Origin: Thermoplasmata archaeon
GTDB lineage: Archaea; Thermoplasmatota; SW-10-69-26; JACQPN01; JAJPHT01
Length of the DNA: 32,606 nucleotides
Reading direction: 5' to 3'
NCBI GenBank assembly: GCA_034667685.1
Contig: JAXDQU010000056.1
Location: 1 to 32,606, forward strand
Positions 9,273 through 18,762 of the stretch are shown here, one piece after another; positions within the stretch are counted from its first letter, which is position 1; the number at the start of each line of letters is the position of its first letter. Below the pieces are notes generated by a model. The model worked only from the letters and a program-made list of their open reading frames with translations. It was not told where the DNA came from and ran no database searches. The position numbers and the translations under genes are program-made.

Positions 9273-9311
9273 AACATCCTACGGCGGCTGCGCGGGCCGA
9301 AGTCGGCCTAG
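9273..9311 (+). pseudogene. Displaced remnant of an ALDH 3' end ([12 protein letters not shown])
   Basis: 8 of 10 residues are identical to the current ALDH C-terminus. Its TAG overlaps the convergent copA TAG in the CTAG at 9308-9311. Confidence 0.55.
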
Positions 9312-11401
9312 GCGCGCCACCGTGATAGCAGCATCGAATTCCCCACCACGCTCACGCTGCTGAACGCCATCGCCCCCGCGGCCAGGATCGGGTGCAGCAG
9401 CCCCAGCGCGGCGACCGGGATGAGCACGACGTTGTAGCCGAACGCCCACGCGAGGTTCTGCTTGATCTTGCGCAGGGTGCGCCGCGAGAGGTCGAGCGCG
9501 GCCGCGACGTCGCGCAGGTCGCCGCCCACGAGCACGACGTCGCCCGCCTCGATGGCGACGTCGGCGCCAGCGCCCATGGCGATGCCGAGGTCCGCCTGCG
9601 CGAGGGCCGGCGCGTCGTTGATGCCGTCGCCCGCCATGGCGACCTTGCGCCCCTCGGATTGATAGCGCGCGACGAGCGCGGCCTTGCCTTCGGGGCGCAC
9701 GCCGGCCTCGACGCGGGAGATGCCGACCTGGGCCGCGATGGCCTGCGCGGCGCCGGGCGCGTCGCCCGTGACCATGACGACGTCGAGCCCCATGCTCCGG
9801 AGGCGCGCGACGGCCTCGCGGCTCGTGGGCTTGAGCACGTCGGCGAGCGCGATGCGCCCCACGAGCGCGCCCTCGTGCCAGACGCCCACGACGGTGCGCG
9901 GATCACCCGGCGCGTCGAGCTTCGCCACGCGGACGCGCTCGCCCGCGACGAGGGCCTCGACGCCGGCGCCGGGCTGCGCGCGGAAGCCGGTGGGCTCGGG
10001 CCACGCGAGGCCGTCGGCCTGCGCGCGCGCCACGATGGCCGCGGCGAGGGGGTGCTCGCTCCTCGACTCGACCGCGGCGGCCGCGCGCAGCACGTCGGCG
10101 GCGTCCACGCCCGGCTGCGGGACGACCTCGACGACCTCCGGGCGGCCCAGCGTGAGCGTGCCCGTCTTGTCGAGGAGCACGGTGTCGACGCGGCGCGCGC
10201 GCTCCAGCGCCTCGCCCCCCTTGAGCAGGATGCCGCGCTGCGCGCCGCGCCCCGTGCCCACCATGATCGCGGTGGGCGTCGCGAGCCCCATCGCGCAGGG
10301 GCAGGCGATGACGACGACGCTGATCGCCACGAGGAGCGCGCGCGAGAGCGGCGCGTGGCCGAAGACCATCCACGCCGCGCCCGCGAGGAGCGCGAGGGCG
10401 ACGACTGCCGGGACGAAGACGCGCGAGACGCGATCGACCAGGTCCTCGACCGGCGCGCGGCGCGTCTGCGCCTCGTCGACCAGGCGCGCGATCTGCGCGA
10501 GCGTCGTGTCGGCGCCCACGCGCGTGGCCTCGATCTCCAGGGCGCCTTCGGCCGCGACGGTGCCGCCGATCGCCTCGTCGCCGACGCGCTTCTCGACGGG
10601 CGCGCTCTCGCCGGTGACCATCGACTCGTCCACCGCGCTCTTGCCCGCGACGACGCGGCCGTCCACGGGCACGCGCTCGCCCGGGCGCACGAGCACGCGG
10701 TCGCCCACGCGCACCTCGCGCGCGTCGACGTCGGCCCACGCTTCGCCACGGCGCACGCGCGCGGTCTTGCTCGCCATCTCCAGGAGCTGGCGCACGGCGC
10801 GGCTGGCGCGGGCCTTGCTGCGCGCCTCGAAGACCTTGCCCAGGAGGATCAGCGTCACGATGGCGGCGCCCGTCTCGAAGTAGCGCGGCCCGCCCGCGAC
10901 GAGCTGCGCCACGCTGAAGAGGTACGCGCTGCCCGCGCCCAGCGCCACGAGCACGTCCATGTTGGCGTTCCGGTTGCGCAGCGCGCGCCACGCGCCCACG
11001 AAGAACGGCGCGCCGCTGTAGAGCATGACGGGCGTCGCGAGCGCAAGCTCGATCCAGCCCTGCGCGGGGACCTCGGCGCCCGCGAGCATCGCGCCCATCG
11101 CGAGCAGAAGCAGCGGCGCGGTGAGCATCGCGCCCGCGACGAAACGGCGCAGCCGCGAGCGCGCCTCCTCGTCCACCGCGACCTCCGCCCGCTCGCGAGC
11201 GACGCCATAGCCCGCGCGGGCGATGGCCTCCTCGATCCCCGGGAGGCCCGCGGCCGTCGGATCGAAGATGGTGGTCAGCTTCTCCGTGGCGAGGTTCACG
11301 CGCGCCTCGCGCACGCCCTCGACCGCCAGCACGCTCCGCTCGATCGTGCGCGCGCAGTTGGCGCACGTCATGCCGGTCACGCGGATCGTCGCGCTCTCCA
11401 C
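9308..11401 (-). CDS. copA: Cu(I)-exporting P1B-type ATPase
   Basis: HMA motif GMTCANC, then TGES, CPC in the membrane, DKTGTLT, SEHPLA, GDGIND, YN and MAFSS. GTG start at 11401. Confidence 0.95.
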   Translation of the reverse strand: MESATIRVTGMTCANCARTIERSVLAVEGVREARVNLATEKLTTIFDPTAAGLPGIEEAIARAGYGVARERAEVAVDEEARSRLRRFVAGAMLTAPLLLLAMGAMLAGAEVPAQGWIELALATPVMLYSGAPFFVGAWRALRNRNANMDVLVALGAGSAYLFSVAQLVAGGPRYFETGAAIVTLILLGKVFEARSKARASRAVRQLLEMASKTARVRRGEAWADVDAREVRVGDRVLVRPGERVPVDGRVVAGKSAVDESMVTGESAPVEKRVGDEAIGGTVAAEGALEIEATRVGADTTLAQIARLVDEAQTRRAPVEDLVDRVSRVFVPAVVALALLAGAAWMVFGHAPLSRALLVAISVVVIACPCAMGLATPTAIMVGTGRGAQRGILLKGGEALERARRVDTVLLDKTGTLTLGRPEVVEVVPQPGVDAADVLRAAAAVESRSEHPLAAAIVARAQADGLAWPEPTGFRAQPGAGVEALVAGERVRVAKLDAPGDPRTVVGVWHEGALVGRIALADVLKPTSREAVARLRSMGLDVVMVTGDAPGAAQAIAAQVGISRVEAGVRPEGKAALVARYQSEGRKVAMAGDGINDAPALAQADLGIAMGAGADVAIEAGDVVLVGGDLRDVAAALDLSRRTLRKIKQNLAWAFGYNVVLIPVAALGLLHPILAAGAMAFSSVSVVGNSMLLSRWRA

Positions 11402-11477
11402 GCGCCGGGGATGGCGCGCCGCGCTGAATGGCCTTCCCCTTGCCAAACGTTAAGCTGGAAGCGGGCGAAGGGCGCGC

Positions 11478-11849
11478 GTGGACCTGGACCCGGTCGACCA
11501 GGCGATCCTCCGCCTGCTGCGCGAGGACGCGCGCCTCTCGTTCCGCGAGCTTGCGCGCCGCGTCGGCGTCTCCACGCCCACGGCGGCCGCGAAGGTGCGC
11601 AGGCTGGAGGCGCTCGGGATCATCAAGGGCTACCGCGCCGTGCTGGCGGGCGAGGAGGACGCGGCGCCCGCGCCCACGCGCGTCGACGTGCCCTGCCACG
11701 AGTGCCGGGGCCCGATCCGCGGCGCGCCGGTGCGCGGAGCGTGGGAGCAGGACGGCGGGCGCGAGCACGTCTTCTGCTGCCGCGGCTGCGCCTCGTCCTT
11801 CGAAGCGCGGCTCCTGAAGGCGGCGCAGCGACGACGCGGCCAGCGTTAG
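11478..11849 (+). CDS. copR: Lrp/AsnC-type HTH plus TRASH-domain copper regulator (CopR/CopT-like)
   Basis: N-terminal HTH DQAILRLLREDARLSFRELARRVGVS. C-terminal CHEC...FCCRGC TRASH motif. Divergent from copA. Confidence 0.85.
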   Translation: MDLDPVDQAILRLLREDARLSFRELARRVGVSTPTAAAKVRRLEALGIIKGYRAVLAGEEDAAPAPTRVDVPCHECRGPIRGAPVRGAWEQDGGREHVFCCRGCASSFEARLLKAAQRRRGQR

Positions 11850-11877
11850 CTTGCTCCGCACGCGCGACGCGCCCCTT

Positions 11878-12309
11878 GTGGTCCGCGAGGCCTACCTGCA
11901 GCGCCAGCCGCCCCCGCGCCGCCGCGTGCGCACCGCCGGCTGGCTGCTGGGCGTCTCGCTCGCCGGCCTGCTCGACGGCATCGTGCTGCCCGCGGGCGGC
12001 TCGGGCGCCACGCTCGCGGGGCTGGCCTTCTGGGCGCTCGCGCTCGTGGCCGTCGCGACGCTCTGGCGCGCGCGGGCGCGCTTCGCCGAGCCCGCGGGAG
12101 GGCGCGTCCTCGCGGGGAGCGCGCTCGCGGGCGCCGGGGCGGTCGACGTGGCCGTCGCGCTCGCGTGGCCGGGCCTCGCCCCGACGTGGCGCGCGCTCCT
12201 CGCGGGCGTCTCGGTCCTTCTCGTCCTCGTGGGCGCCCGGGCCCTGGCGAGCGCGACGAAGGCGCGGCGCAAGGTGGGCGCGCGGGCGGGGCGCGGACGC
12301 GTGGCGTGA
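11878..12309 (+). CDS. Small membrane protein, DUF2243-like
   Basis: About four hydrophobic segments. LLGVSLAGLLDGIVL resembles the DUF2243 GxxDGIV segment. Start is uncertain (TTG 11851 or GTG 11878). Confidence 0.55.
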   Translation: MVREAYLQRQPPPRRRVRTAGWLLGVSLAGLLDGIVLPAGGSGATLAGLAFWALALVAVATLWRARARFAEPAGGRVLAGSALAGAGAVDVAVALAWPGLAPTWRALLAGVSVLLVLVGARALASATKARRKVGARAGRGRVA

Positions 12310-12311
12310 CG

Positions 12312-13547
12312 CTACCCGAAGTCGATCTCTTCGAGCGCCTTGGGCGTGTGGACCTTGGCGAACTCGGAGAGCGCGGCGGCGAGCATCGTGCGGTCGTCGC
12401 TGTGGTAGAGCACGACATGCTCGGGCTTGCAGCGCTTCGCGAACTCGACGATCTCGCTGTGGCCGGCGTGGCCCGAGAAGTCGAAGCTGCGGATCTCGCA
12501 CGCCACCTTCTCGTGCTTGCCCTTGCCCAGGTCGAGGCCGCCGGTGTCGAGCAGGCTGCGCCCGCCGGAGCCGGGGACCTGATAGCCCGAGAAGAACACG
12601 GCGCTCTTCTCGTCCTCCTTGAGCTGGCTGAGATAGTAGAGCGCGGGGCCGCCTTCGAGCATGCCGCTCGTCGTGATCAGCACGTCGCCCTTGACGGCGC
12701 GCTCGCGCTGCGCGGGGTTCTTCACGAGGTTGCACTTCTCGAGGGCCTGCTGCATCTCGCGGCGGTCCTTGAGGTAGCGGTTGTCCTCGAGCATCATCTG
12801 CACGACGGCCTTGCCCATGCCGTCGACCCAGATGTCGTACCCCTGCTGCGCGAGGACGCACATCATCTCCTGGGTGCGGCCCACCGCGAAGCAGGGCATG
12901 ACGACCTTGCCACCCTGCGCGATGACGCCGTCCACCGCGTCGAGGAGCTGCTCCTCGGTCTGCTTGCGGTCGGGGTGCTCGCGGCCGCTGTACGTCGCCT
13001 CGATGGCGAGCACGTCGCAGCGCACCGGCTCGGCCTTGGCGACGAGGTGCGTGTCGATGAGGTTGATGTCGCCGGTGAACAGCAGGCGCGTGGAGCCGTC
13101 GTCCAGCTCGAACATCGTGCTGCCGGGGATGTGGCCCGCGCTGTGGAAGCGCACGTCGAACTCGCCGCTTTCGCGGACGTCGCCGTAGTGCCGCTCGTCC
13201 CACTGCGCGTTCATGGCCGCGATGTCCTCGCGCCGGAAGGGCTGCGGATAGCCTTCGAGGCGCGCGACCTTCATGCTATCATACGCGAGCAGGTCGCTCA
13301 TCGTGCGCGTCAGGCTCGTGCCCACGATGGGGCAGCCCTGCTTGCCGGCGACGAGGGGCACCATGCCGCTGTGGTCGAGGTGGGAGTGCGAGAGGAAGAG
13401 CGCCTCGACGTCGGGCGCGGGGTGGGGGTACTCGGGCGGGTCGCGCGGCGCCATGCCGTAATCGAAGAGCAGCGTCGTCCGACGCCCCTCGACGACCATG
13501 CCGAGCCGCCCGACCTCGTCCACACCTCCCAGGAAGTGGGTACGCAT
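12312..13547 (-). CDS. MBL-fold beta-CASP ribonuclease without KH domains (aCPSF2-like)
   Basis: MRTHFLGGVDEVGR, FDYG, SHSHLDH, AGHIPGS, FTGD, EATY, FSGHAG and YHSD. TATA-like tttaag 26-31 nt upstream of the ATG at 13547. Confidence 0.9.
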   Translation of the reverse strand: MRTHFLGGVDEVGRLGMVVEGRRTTLLFDYGMAPRDPPEYPHPAPDVEALFLSHSHLDHSGMVPLVAGKQGCPIVGTSLTRTMSDLLAYDSMKVARLEGYPQPFRREDIAAMNAQWDERHYGDVRESGEFDVRFHSAGHIPGSTMFELDDGSTRLLFTGDINLIDTHLVAKAEPVRCDVLAIEATYSGREHPDRKQTEEQLLDAVDGVIAQGGKVVMPCFAVGRTQEMMCVLAQQGYDIWVDGMGKAVVQMMLEDNRYLKDRREMQQALEKCNLVKNPAQRERAVKGDVLITTSGMLEGGPALYYLSQLKEDEKSAVFFSGYQVPGSGGRSLLDTGGLDLGKGKHEKVACEIRSFDFSGHAGHSEIVEFAKRCKPEHVVLYHSDDRTMLAAALSEFAKVHTPKALEEIDFG

Positions 13548-13616
13548 CGGCGCCGCATCCAGGTCCCTCCCACTTAAACATGCCTGGGGGCGGGCAAGAG
13601 GCGCTCCGCGCGGGGA

Positions 13617-13673
13617 AAGACGAGAAGACGGGAAGACGAGACGAGAGAAGACGTCTTCCCATCTTCTCGTCTT
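13617..13673. repeat. 22-bp inverted repeat built from 8-mer units (gacgagaa/gacgggaa)
   Basis: Arms at 13617-13638 and 13652-13673 with one mismatch, downstream of the giant surface-protein gene. Confidence 0.85.
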
Positions 13674-13690
13674 CCTCGTGGCCGAAGGCC

Positions 13691-16600
13691 CTACGGCTCG
13701 TCCTTCTTCCTGCCGCGCACGCGGACCACGATCAGGACCGCGACGATCACGACGAGCGCCAGGAACCCGAGCAGGAAGTACCAGTTGGTCGACGCGAAGT
13801 CCTTCAGGTTGGAGACGCTCGCGGCGGTCACGGTCTTCGTGGCGGGGTCGTAGTACTTGTCCGCCTTGCCGGCGTTCTTGGTGTCGAGGCCCACGAGGCC
13901 CGGGTGGTCGGGGAGCGCGAGGGTCTTCGTCGCGACGTGGTTCGTCGGGTCGGCGTAGTAGTCCGGGCTCTGGTCGGCGTTGGTGTCGACCACGTACTGC
14001 ACGGCGTCGCCGCCCAGCGCGTGGATCTCCGTCGCGGTCCAGTAGCGCTCGGTGACGGTGTCGAACGCCATGTCGACGTGCGTGTCGCGGTCGGTGTCGA
14101 GGAAGTAGTCGGGCGTGCCGTCGTTGTTGACGTCGGCGACGTCCTGCTTCGCGTCGATCTTGAACGCGTAGAGCTGGTCGGGGTCGAACCACACGTCCGC
14201 AATGCCGTCGAGCGACTTGCCGTCGATCGGGCAGTCGAGGAAGAACTTCGCGAGGCCGTTGAGGCGCGAGTTCGAGACGACGACGCACTGGCCGCCCTCG
14301 CCGCTGATCTCCTTGAAGGACTCGTAGCCGTCGGCCTTGTTCTTGTTGGCGTCGACCGCGAGCTCCTGCTGGCCGTCGCCCTCGACGTCGAGCGCGCGGT
14401 AGTCGAGCACGTTGGCCGTGGCCGCGAGCGTCGCGTTCTTCGTGACGTTGACCGCCGTGCCGCCCACGGTGCCCACGTAGAACGTGAAGCCGTAGGCGCG
14501 CGGGCTGGGGAGCGGCGAGGTGGGCGGGATGATCGTCGCGTGGACGTCCATCGACTGGCCGGGGTTGAGGAACACGTGGTCCGGCGAGATCGCCAGCGGC
14601 GCCCAGCCGAGGAAGTCGGCGGGCGGCAGGATCGCGCTGAGGTTCAGCGTGTCGTTGTCGTTGCCCGTGTTGGTGACGTGGAGGACGAAGTCCTGGGCGA
14701 GGCCCGGGGTCAGGTCCTGCGTCGCGACGGGGAGCGTGGCGGCCACGCCGTAGTCGTGGATGAGCGCGCGCAGGATGGCGCGGCTCTGCTGCGTCTGGTC
14801 CTGCGTCGAGGCCGTGACGGTGAAGCTCACGACCTTGTTCTCCGGGACCACGAGCGGCGCGACCACGGTGACGTTGACCGTGCGCAGCTCGTTGGGGCCC
14901 AGCGAGACCGAGGTGATCGCCTGGCCGCCCTGCGAGAGGAAGGCGCTCCAGCCGGCCTCCGGGGTCGCCACCGTCACGGGGAGCGTGCCCGCGGCGTTGC
15001 CGAGGTTGCGCACCTGCACCTCGAAGGACTGCTGCGCGCTTCGGTCGACCGTCTTCTGGACGACCGGCACGTAGAGCGAGGGGACGGGCGAGCCGCCCAG
15101 GATCGAGACCGAGAGCGGCACGGCGCTGAAGTCCTCGAAGGCGTCACGGTCCTCGACGGTCACGATGCTCTGGTAGGTCGAGTTGTTGATCGCGTCGAGC
15201 GGCGCCAGGAGCGTGAAGGGCACGCTGATGGTGGTCTGCGCGGCGATCGTGCCCTGCGGGGGCGAGAGGATGGCGGTCCAGTTGGGGATCTCCGAGGCGC
15301 GCAGGCGGTAGTTCACGGGGCCGTTGCCCTTGTTCTGGATGTTCAGCGTGAACTGCGCCGGCTGGCCCGGCCCGGTGGTCGTGGAGAGCACGGGCGCGGC
15401 CAGCGAGAGGGAGCCGCTGGGCACGACGTCCACGGGCACGTCGAGCGTGGTCGTCGCCATCGTCGAGGGCGCGACCTGGACGTAGGTCGCCACGACGTGC
15501 AGCCGGCCGCCCGAGGCGCCCTGCGGCGGGACGATGCTGATCGCGGAGGTGCGGTTCTTGAACGCGGCGAGGTCGAAGACCTGCGTCGCGGGCTGCACGC
15601 TCCACGCGTCGGCGTTGGGCGTCGAGGCCGGGTCCATCGTCGCGGAGAGCGTGACGGTCGTGGGCGCCGAGCCGTTGTTGTAGAGGTAGATCGCCGTGGC
15701 GCCGCCGTCGACCGGGTGCGCCAGCGCGCGGGCGTCCCCGTGGAGGTTCACGACGGCCTTGTTGCCGATGATGCTGATCAGCGAGATCTGCGTGTGGCTG
15801 TTGCCCATCTCGGCGAAGAGCGTCACCTGGTCGGAGTCGCCCCCGATCGCGGTGTGGTTGACGCCGTCGGGAGGCGAGACGTCGACGCGCAGCTCCACGT
15901 CCTCCATGCCCAGGCGGCGCGTGCCGGCCTGGCCGGTGGGCGGGGGCTGGGTCGAGGTGTCGTCGTTGGAGAGCGTGTAGTTCGCCGTGCCGGGGTTGAA
16001 CGCGTCCGCGAGGCCGTTCACGGCGCGCACGCTGACGTTCCAGCCGTCCGCGGCGCGCGGGTTGACGATCGTCAGGTTCGCCCACGCGGGCACGAGGCGG
16101 CCGTTGGAGTCGTTGTACGTGCCGAAGTCGGCGCCGTTGGTCAGCCGCACGAAGAACGTCGTGTTCTGGCCCACGGTGGCGGCCTTGGTGATGACGGGCT
16201 GCTGCGCCTGGCTGAGGTCCAGCTTCGCAATGCCGTTGTTCTCGGAGTTGGTGTAGTTGCGCGAGACGGCCGAGAGGATCACGCCGTTGGCGGCGATCGC
16301 GCCCGTGCCTTCGGTCGCGGCGGTGTTGCCGAGGGTCTCGGAGGAGTCCGCGTGCAGGACGGCCTGCGATTGCGCAAGCGCGCCGCTCGCGCCCGTCGCG
16401 ACGACGTTGAAGCGCAGGAAGTCGTGGCCCGAGCCGTCCACGCAGGGGAAGCTCGTGCGGTCGACGGCGACGAACACGTAGAGCTCGTAGCTGTCGCCGG
16501 GGCGCACGTTCTGGAGCTGGCCCGTGAACTGCGTGAGCGCGCCGGTCGGAGAGCGCGTCACGAGGCCGAAGCTCGCGGTGTTGGGCTTGTAGTCGCCGCC

Positions 16601-18742
16601 CAGGACGCTGTCGCAGCTGTTGCTGATGTGGGAGTGCGAGACCGAGTTCGGGTCGATCTTCACGTCGACGTTCTCGGTGACGTGGCCGGTGTTGGTGATC
16701 CACGTGCGCACCAGCAGGCCGTCGAGGCCGTTGAGGGAGTACGTCGTCTGGGCGTCGCAGTTCGCGCTGGGCGCGCTGGGGCTGCCGCCCGGAAGGGTGG
16801 GCAGCTGGGAGCCGCCGCCGGGCGCGGGCGAGGTCGCGGGCACCGCGCACGGGTCCACGAGCGCGGTGACGGGCACGCCGTTGACGGTGTCGAGGAGGTC
16901 GACGCGGTAGGCCGCGACCGTGTTGAGGTGCAGGCGCGTGACGCGGTCGAAGGCGTTGCCCGTCGCGTCGGTGTTGGTGACGTTGAGGTCGAGGTCGAGC
17001 TGCGTCGTCTGGCTCTGGTCGGGGCCGTGGACGCGCATGACGACGGTCGCGAGGCCGCCGGCGGGCACGTTGGCGAGGACGAGGTGGCGCAGGACCTGCG
17101 TGCCGGAGACGAAGCCGACGTTCCACGCGCCCGTGTTGGCGTTGCCCACGTCGAGCGAGAGGTTGGCCGGCGCGCCGCCGCGGTTCCACGCGTAGACCGG
17201 GACGTCGGTGTCGACGCCGGGGTCGACGCTCCTGTCGTGGGGCGCGAGGATGGCGACCTCGTGGCCCGCGGGCGGGTTGATCGACGCGACGAGGGTGAGC
17301 GGGTCGGAGACGACGTGCGAGTCGTTGACGCTCGTGGCGCGCACGAGGAACGTGCCCGAGCCGGCCGCGGCGAAGGGCGCGGCGATGGTCACGGTGAAGA
17401 CCTTCGACTCCAGGGGCGCCATCGAGACGGTGTCGCCCACGAGGTCGGGGCCGCCCAGCGTGGGCGCCCAGCCCGTCTGGGGCGAGCCGGGCACGGGGAC
17501 GAAGACCGTCGAGATGCGGAACGCCTCGGGCGCGCCGCCGGTGTTGTTCGCGGTGAGCACGAAGGTCGTGGCGCCGCCGCTCGTGACGGCGTGCGAGGCG
17601 CTCTCGAAGATCGGCGGGACCGTGGTGGAGTCGGCGAGGACGCCGAGCCGCACGCCGTGCGCGTTGATGGCGAAGTCGAACTGGTTGCCGTGGGAGAGCG
17701 TGTCCTGGCTCCAGTAGCGGAAGCTCGTCTCCAGGCGCAGGGGACCCGCGGTCCAGCCGCGGTAGTCGAGCGAGCCCTCGGGGAAGCCCCACGTCTTGAT
17801 GCCCAGCGACGGGTTGGAGAGCGACGAGGCCTCCACGCCCGTGACGGTGTTGGCCGCGTTGGGGAACGGCATGTAGAGCGAGTCGCCGCGGAAGACGCGG
17901 AACGTCGGGGGCGCCGAGCTGACGTCGGCCTGGCCCCACGCGCTCTGGATCGCGAAGAAGCCCTTCAGCAGCGGCGGCGAGGTGCTGTTGTTGTCGAGGG
18001 GCGCGTAGGTGGTCTGGAGGGTGCCGTTCTGGTCGCCCGTCCAGGTGGCCGCGCGGTACGCGTCGTCCGACTCGATGACCATGCTCGACTGCGTGTCGTC
18101 GACCGTCCAGGTGGGCGAGAGGGGCGAGGCGCCGCCGAGGTTGGGCAGCGACGAGGGGAGCTCGGTGATCTCGACGCTGACGGTGTCGCCCGCGTGGAAC
18201 CACGCGACGCCGGTGCCGTCGGCGAGCTTGAGCGTGAAGTCGAGCGCGTTCGCGGTGGTCGTGCCGCCGGCGACCTCGCCCGGGTCGAACATGTCGATCG
18301 AGCCCGCGCGCAGGTGCGCCGCGAAGCTCTGGCTGCTGGAGAAGCTGCCCGCGAGGTGGAGCTTGACGGCCTTGCTGGTGTTGAAGTCGCGCACGAGCGC
18401 GGAGCCCGCGCTGAACGTGGCGCTGGTGGCGACCGAGCCGCCCGCGGGCGCCGAGGTGCCGCTGAAGACGCACGCGGGGGCGCGCGGGTCGTCGGTGGCG
18501 GTGACGGGGTGGCCCGTGGGGTCGAGCTGGCCCGCGGTGCAGTCGGGCGTGTTGCGGGAGCCCTGCTGCGTGGCGAAGTGGAGCCAGACGGTCCGCTCGA
18601 AGCCGGGAATCGGCTGCCACGCGACGGGCGTGCCGCCCGGGATCGTGGGGACGTTGTCCGCAAGCGCGGGGCTCACCGCGAGGAGCGCGGGGACGATCAT
18701 GATGGCGGCGATCGCCACGGTGGCGAGGGTCTTCGCGGACAT
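13691..18742 (-). CDS. Giant membrane-anchored surface glycoprotein (about 1680 aa) with tandem Ig-like COG1470/NEW3-type domains and Asp-rich Ca-binding-like loops
   Basis: GGAGTGA SD then MSAKTLATVAIAAIMIVPALLAVSPALA signal peptide. Repeated V-x-N-x-G-N domain signatures. Loops DVEGDG, DVNNDGTPD and DTNADQSPD. C-terminal TM followed by RVRGRKK. Confidence 0.85.
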   Translation of the reverse strand: MSAKTLATVAIAAIMIVPALLAVSPALADNVPTIPGGTPVAWQPIPGFERTVWLHFATQQGSRNTPDCTAGQLDPTGHPVTATDDPRAPACVFSGTSAPAGGSVATSATFSAGSALVRDFNTSKAVKLHLAGSFSSSQSFAAHLRAGSIDMFDPGEVAGGTTTANALDFTLKLADGTGVAWFHAGDTVSVEITELPSSLPNLGGASPLSPTWTVDDTQSSMVIESDDAYRAATWTGDQNGTLQTTYAPLDNNSTSPPLLKGFFAIQSAWGQADVSSAPPTFRVFRGDSLYMPFPNAANTVTGVEASSLSNPSLGIKTWGFPEGSLDYRGWTAGPLRLETSFRYWSQDTLSHGNQFDFAINAHGVRLGVLADSTTVPPIFESASHAVTSGGATTFVLTANNTGGAPEAFRISTVFVPVPGSPQTGWAPTLGGPDLVGDTVSMAPLESKVFTVTIAAPFAAAGSGTFLVRATSVNDSHVVSDPLTLVASINPPAGHEVAILAPHDRSVDPGVDTDVPVYAWNRGGAPANLSLDVGNANTGAWNVGFVSGTQVLRHLVLANVPAGGLATVVMRVHGPDQSQTTQLDLDLNVTNTDATGNAFDRVTRLHLNTVAAYRVDLLDTVNGVPVTALVDPCAVPATSPAPGGGSQLPTLPGGSPSAPSANCDAQTTYSLNGLDGLLVRTWITNTGHVTENVDVKIDPNSVSHSHISNSCDSVLGGDYKPNTASFGLVTRSPTGALTQFTGQLQNVRPGDSYELYVFVAVDRTSFPCVDGSGHDFLRFNVVATGASGALAQSQAVLHADSSETLGNTAATEGTGAIAANGVILSAVSRNYTNSENNGIAKLDLSQAQQPVITKAATVGQNTTFFVRLTNGADFGTYNDSNGRLVPAWANLTIVNPRAADGWNVSVRAVNGLADAFNPGTANYTLSNDDTSTQPPPTGQAGTRRLGMEDVELRVDVSPPDGVNHTAIGGDSDQVTLFAEMGNSHTQISLISIIGNKAVVNLHGDARALAHPVDGGATAIYLYNNGSAPTTVTLSATMDPASTPNADAWSVQPATQVFDLAAFKNRTSAISIVPPQGASGGRLHVVATYVQVAPSTMATTTLDVPVDVVPSGSLSLAAPVLSTTTGPGQPAQFTLNIQNKGNGPVNYRLRASEIPNWTAILSPPQGTIAAQTTISVPFTLLAPLDAINNSTYQSIVTVEDRDAFEDFSAVPLSVSILGGSPVPSLYVPVVQKTVDRSAQQSFEVQVRNLGNAAGTLPVTVATPEAGWSAFLSQGGQAITSVSLGPNELRTVNVTVVAPLVVPENKVVSFTVTASTQDQTQQSRAILRALIHDYGVAATLPVATQDLTPGLAQDFVLHVTNTGNDNDTLNLSAILPPADFLGWAPLAISPDHVFLNPGQSMDVHATIIPPTSPLPSPRAYGFTFYVGTVGGTAVNVTKNATLAATANVLDYRALDVEGDGQQELAVDANKNKADGYESFKEISGEGGQCVVVSNSRLNGLAKFFLDCPIDGKSLDGIADVWFDPDQLYAFKIDAKQDVADVNNDGTPDYFLDTDRDTHVDMAFDTVTERYWTATEIHALGGDAVQYVVDTNADQSPDYYADPTNHVATKTLALPDHPGLVGLDTKNAGKADKYYDPATKTVTAASVSNLKDFASTNWYFLLGFLALVVIVAVLIVVRVRGRKKDEP

Positions 18743-18762
18743 GGTTTCACTCCGGGGGAAAG

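Noticed and set aside
2087-13547. Lhr, MPE and beta-CASP nuclease as an anti-phage defence island
   Set aside because: All look like housekeeping archaeal families with host-like codon usage, and they are separated by unrelated metabolic genes.
13548-14288. N-terminal extension of the beta-CASP RNase (658-aa ORF)
   Set aside because: It runs through a hairpin repeat and overlaps the giant surface gene. The family N-terminus and a TATA box support the start at 13547.
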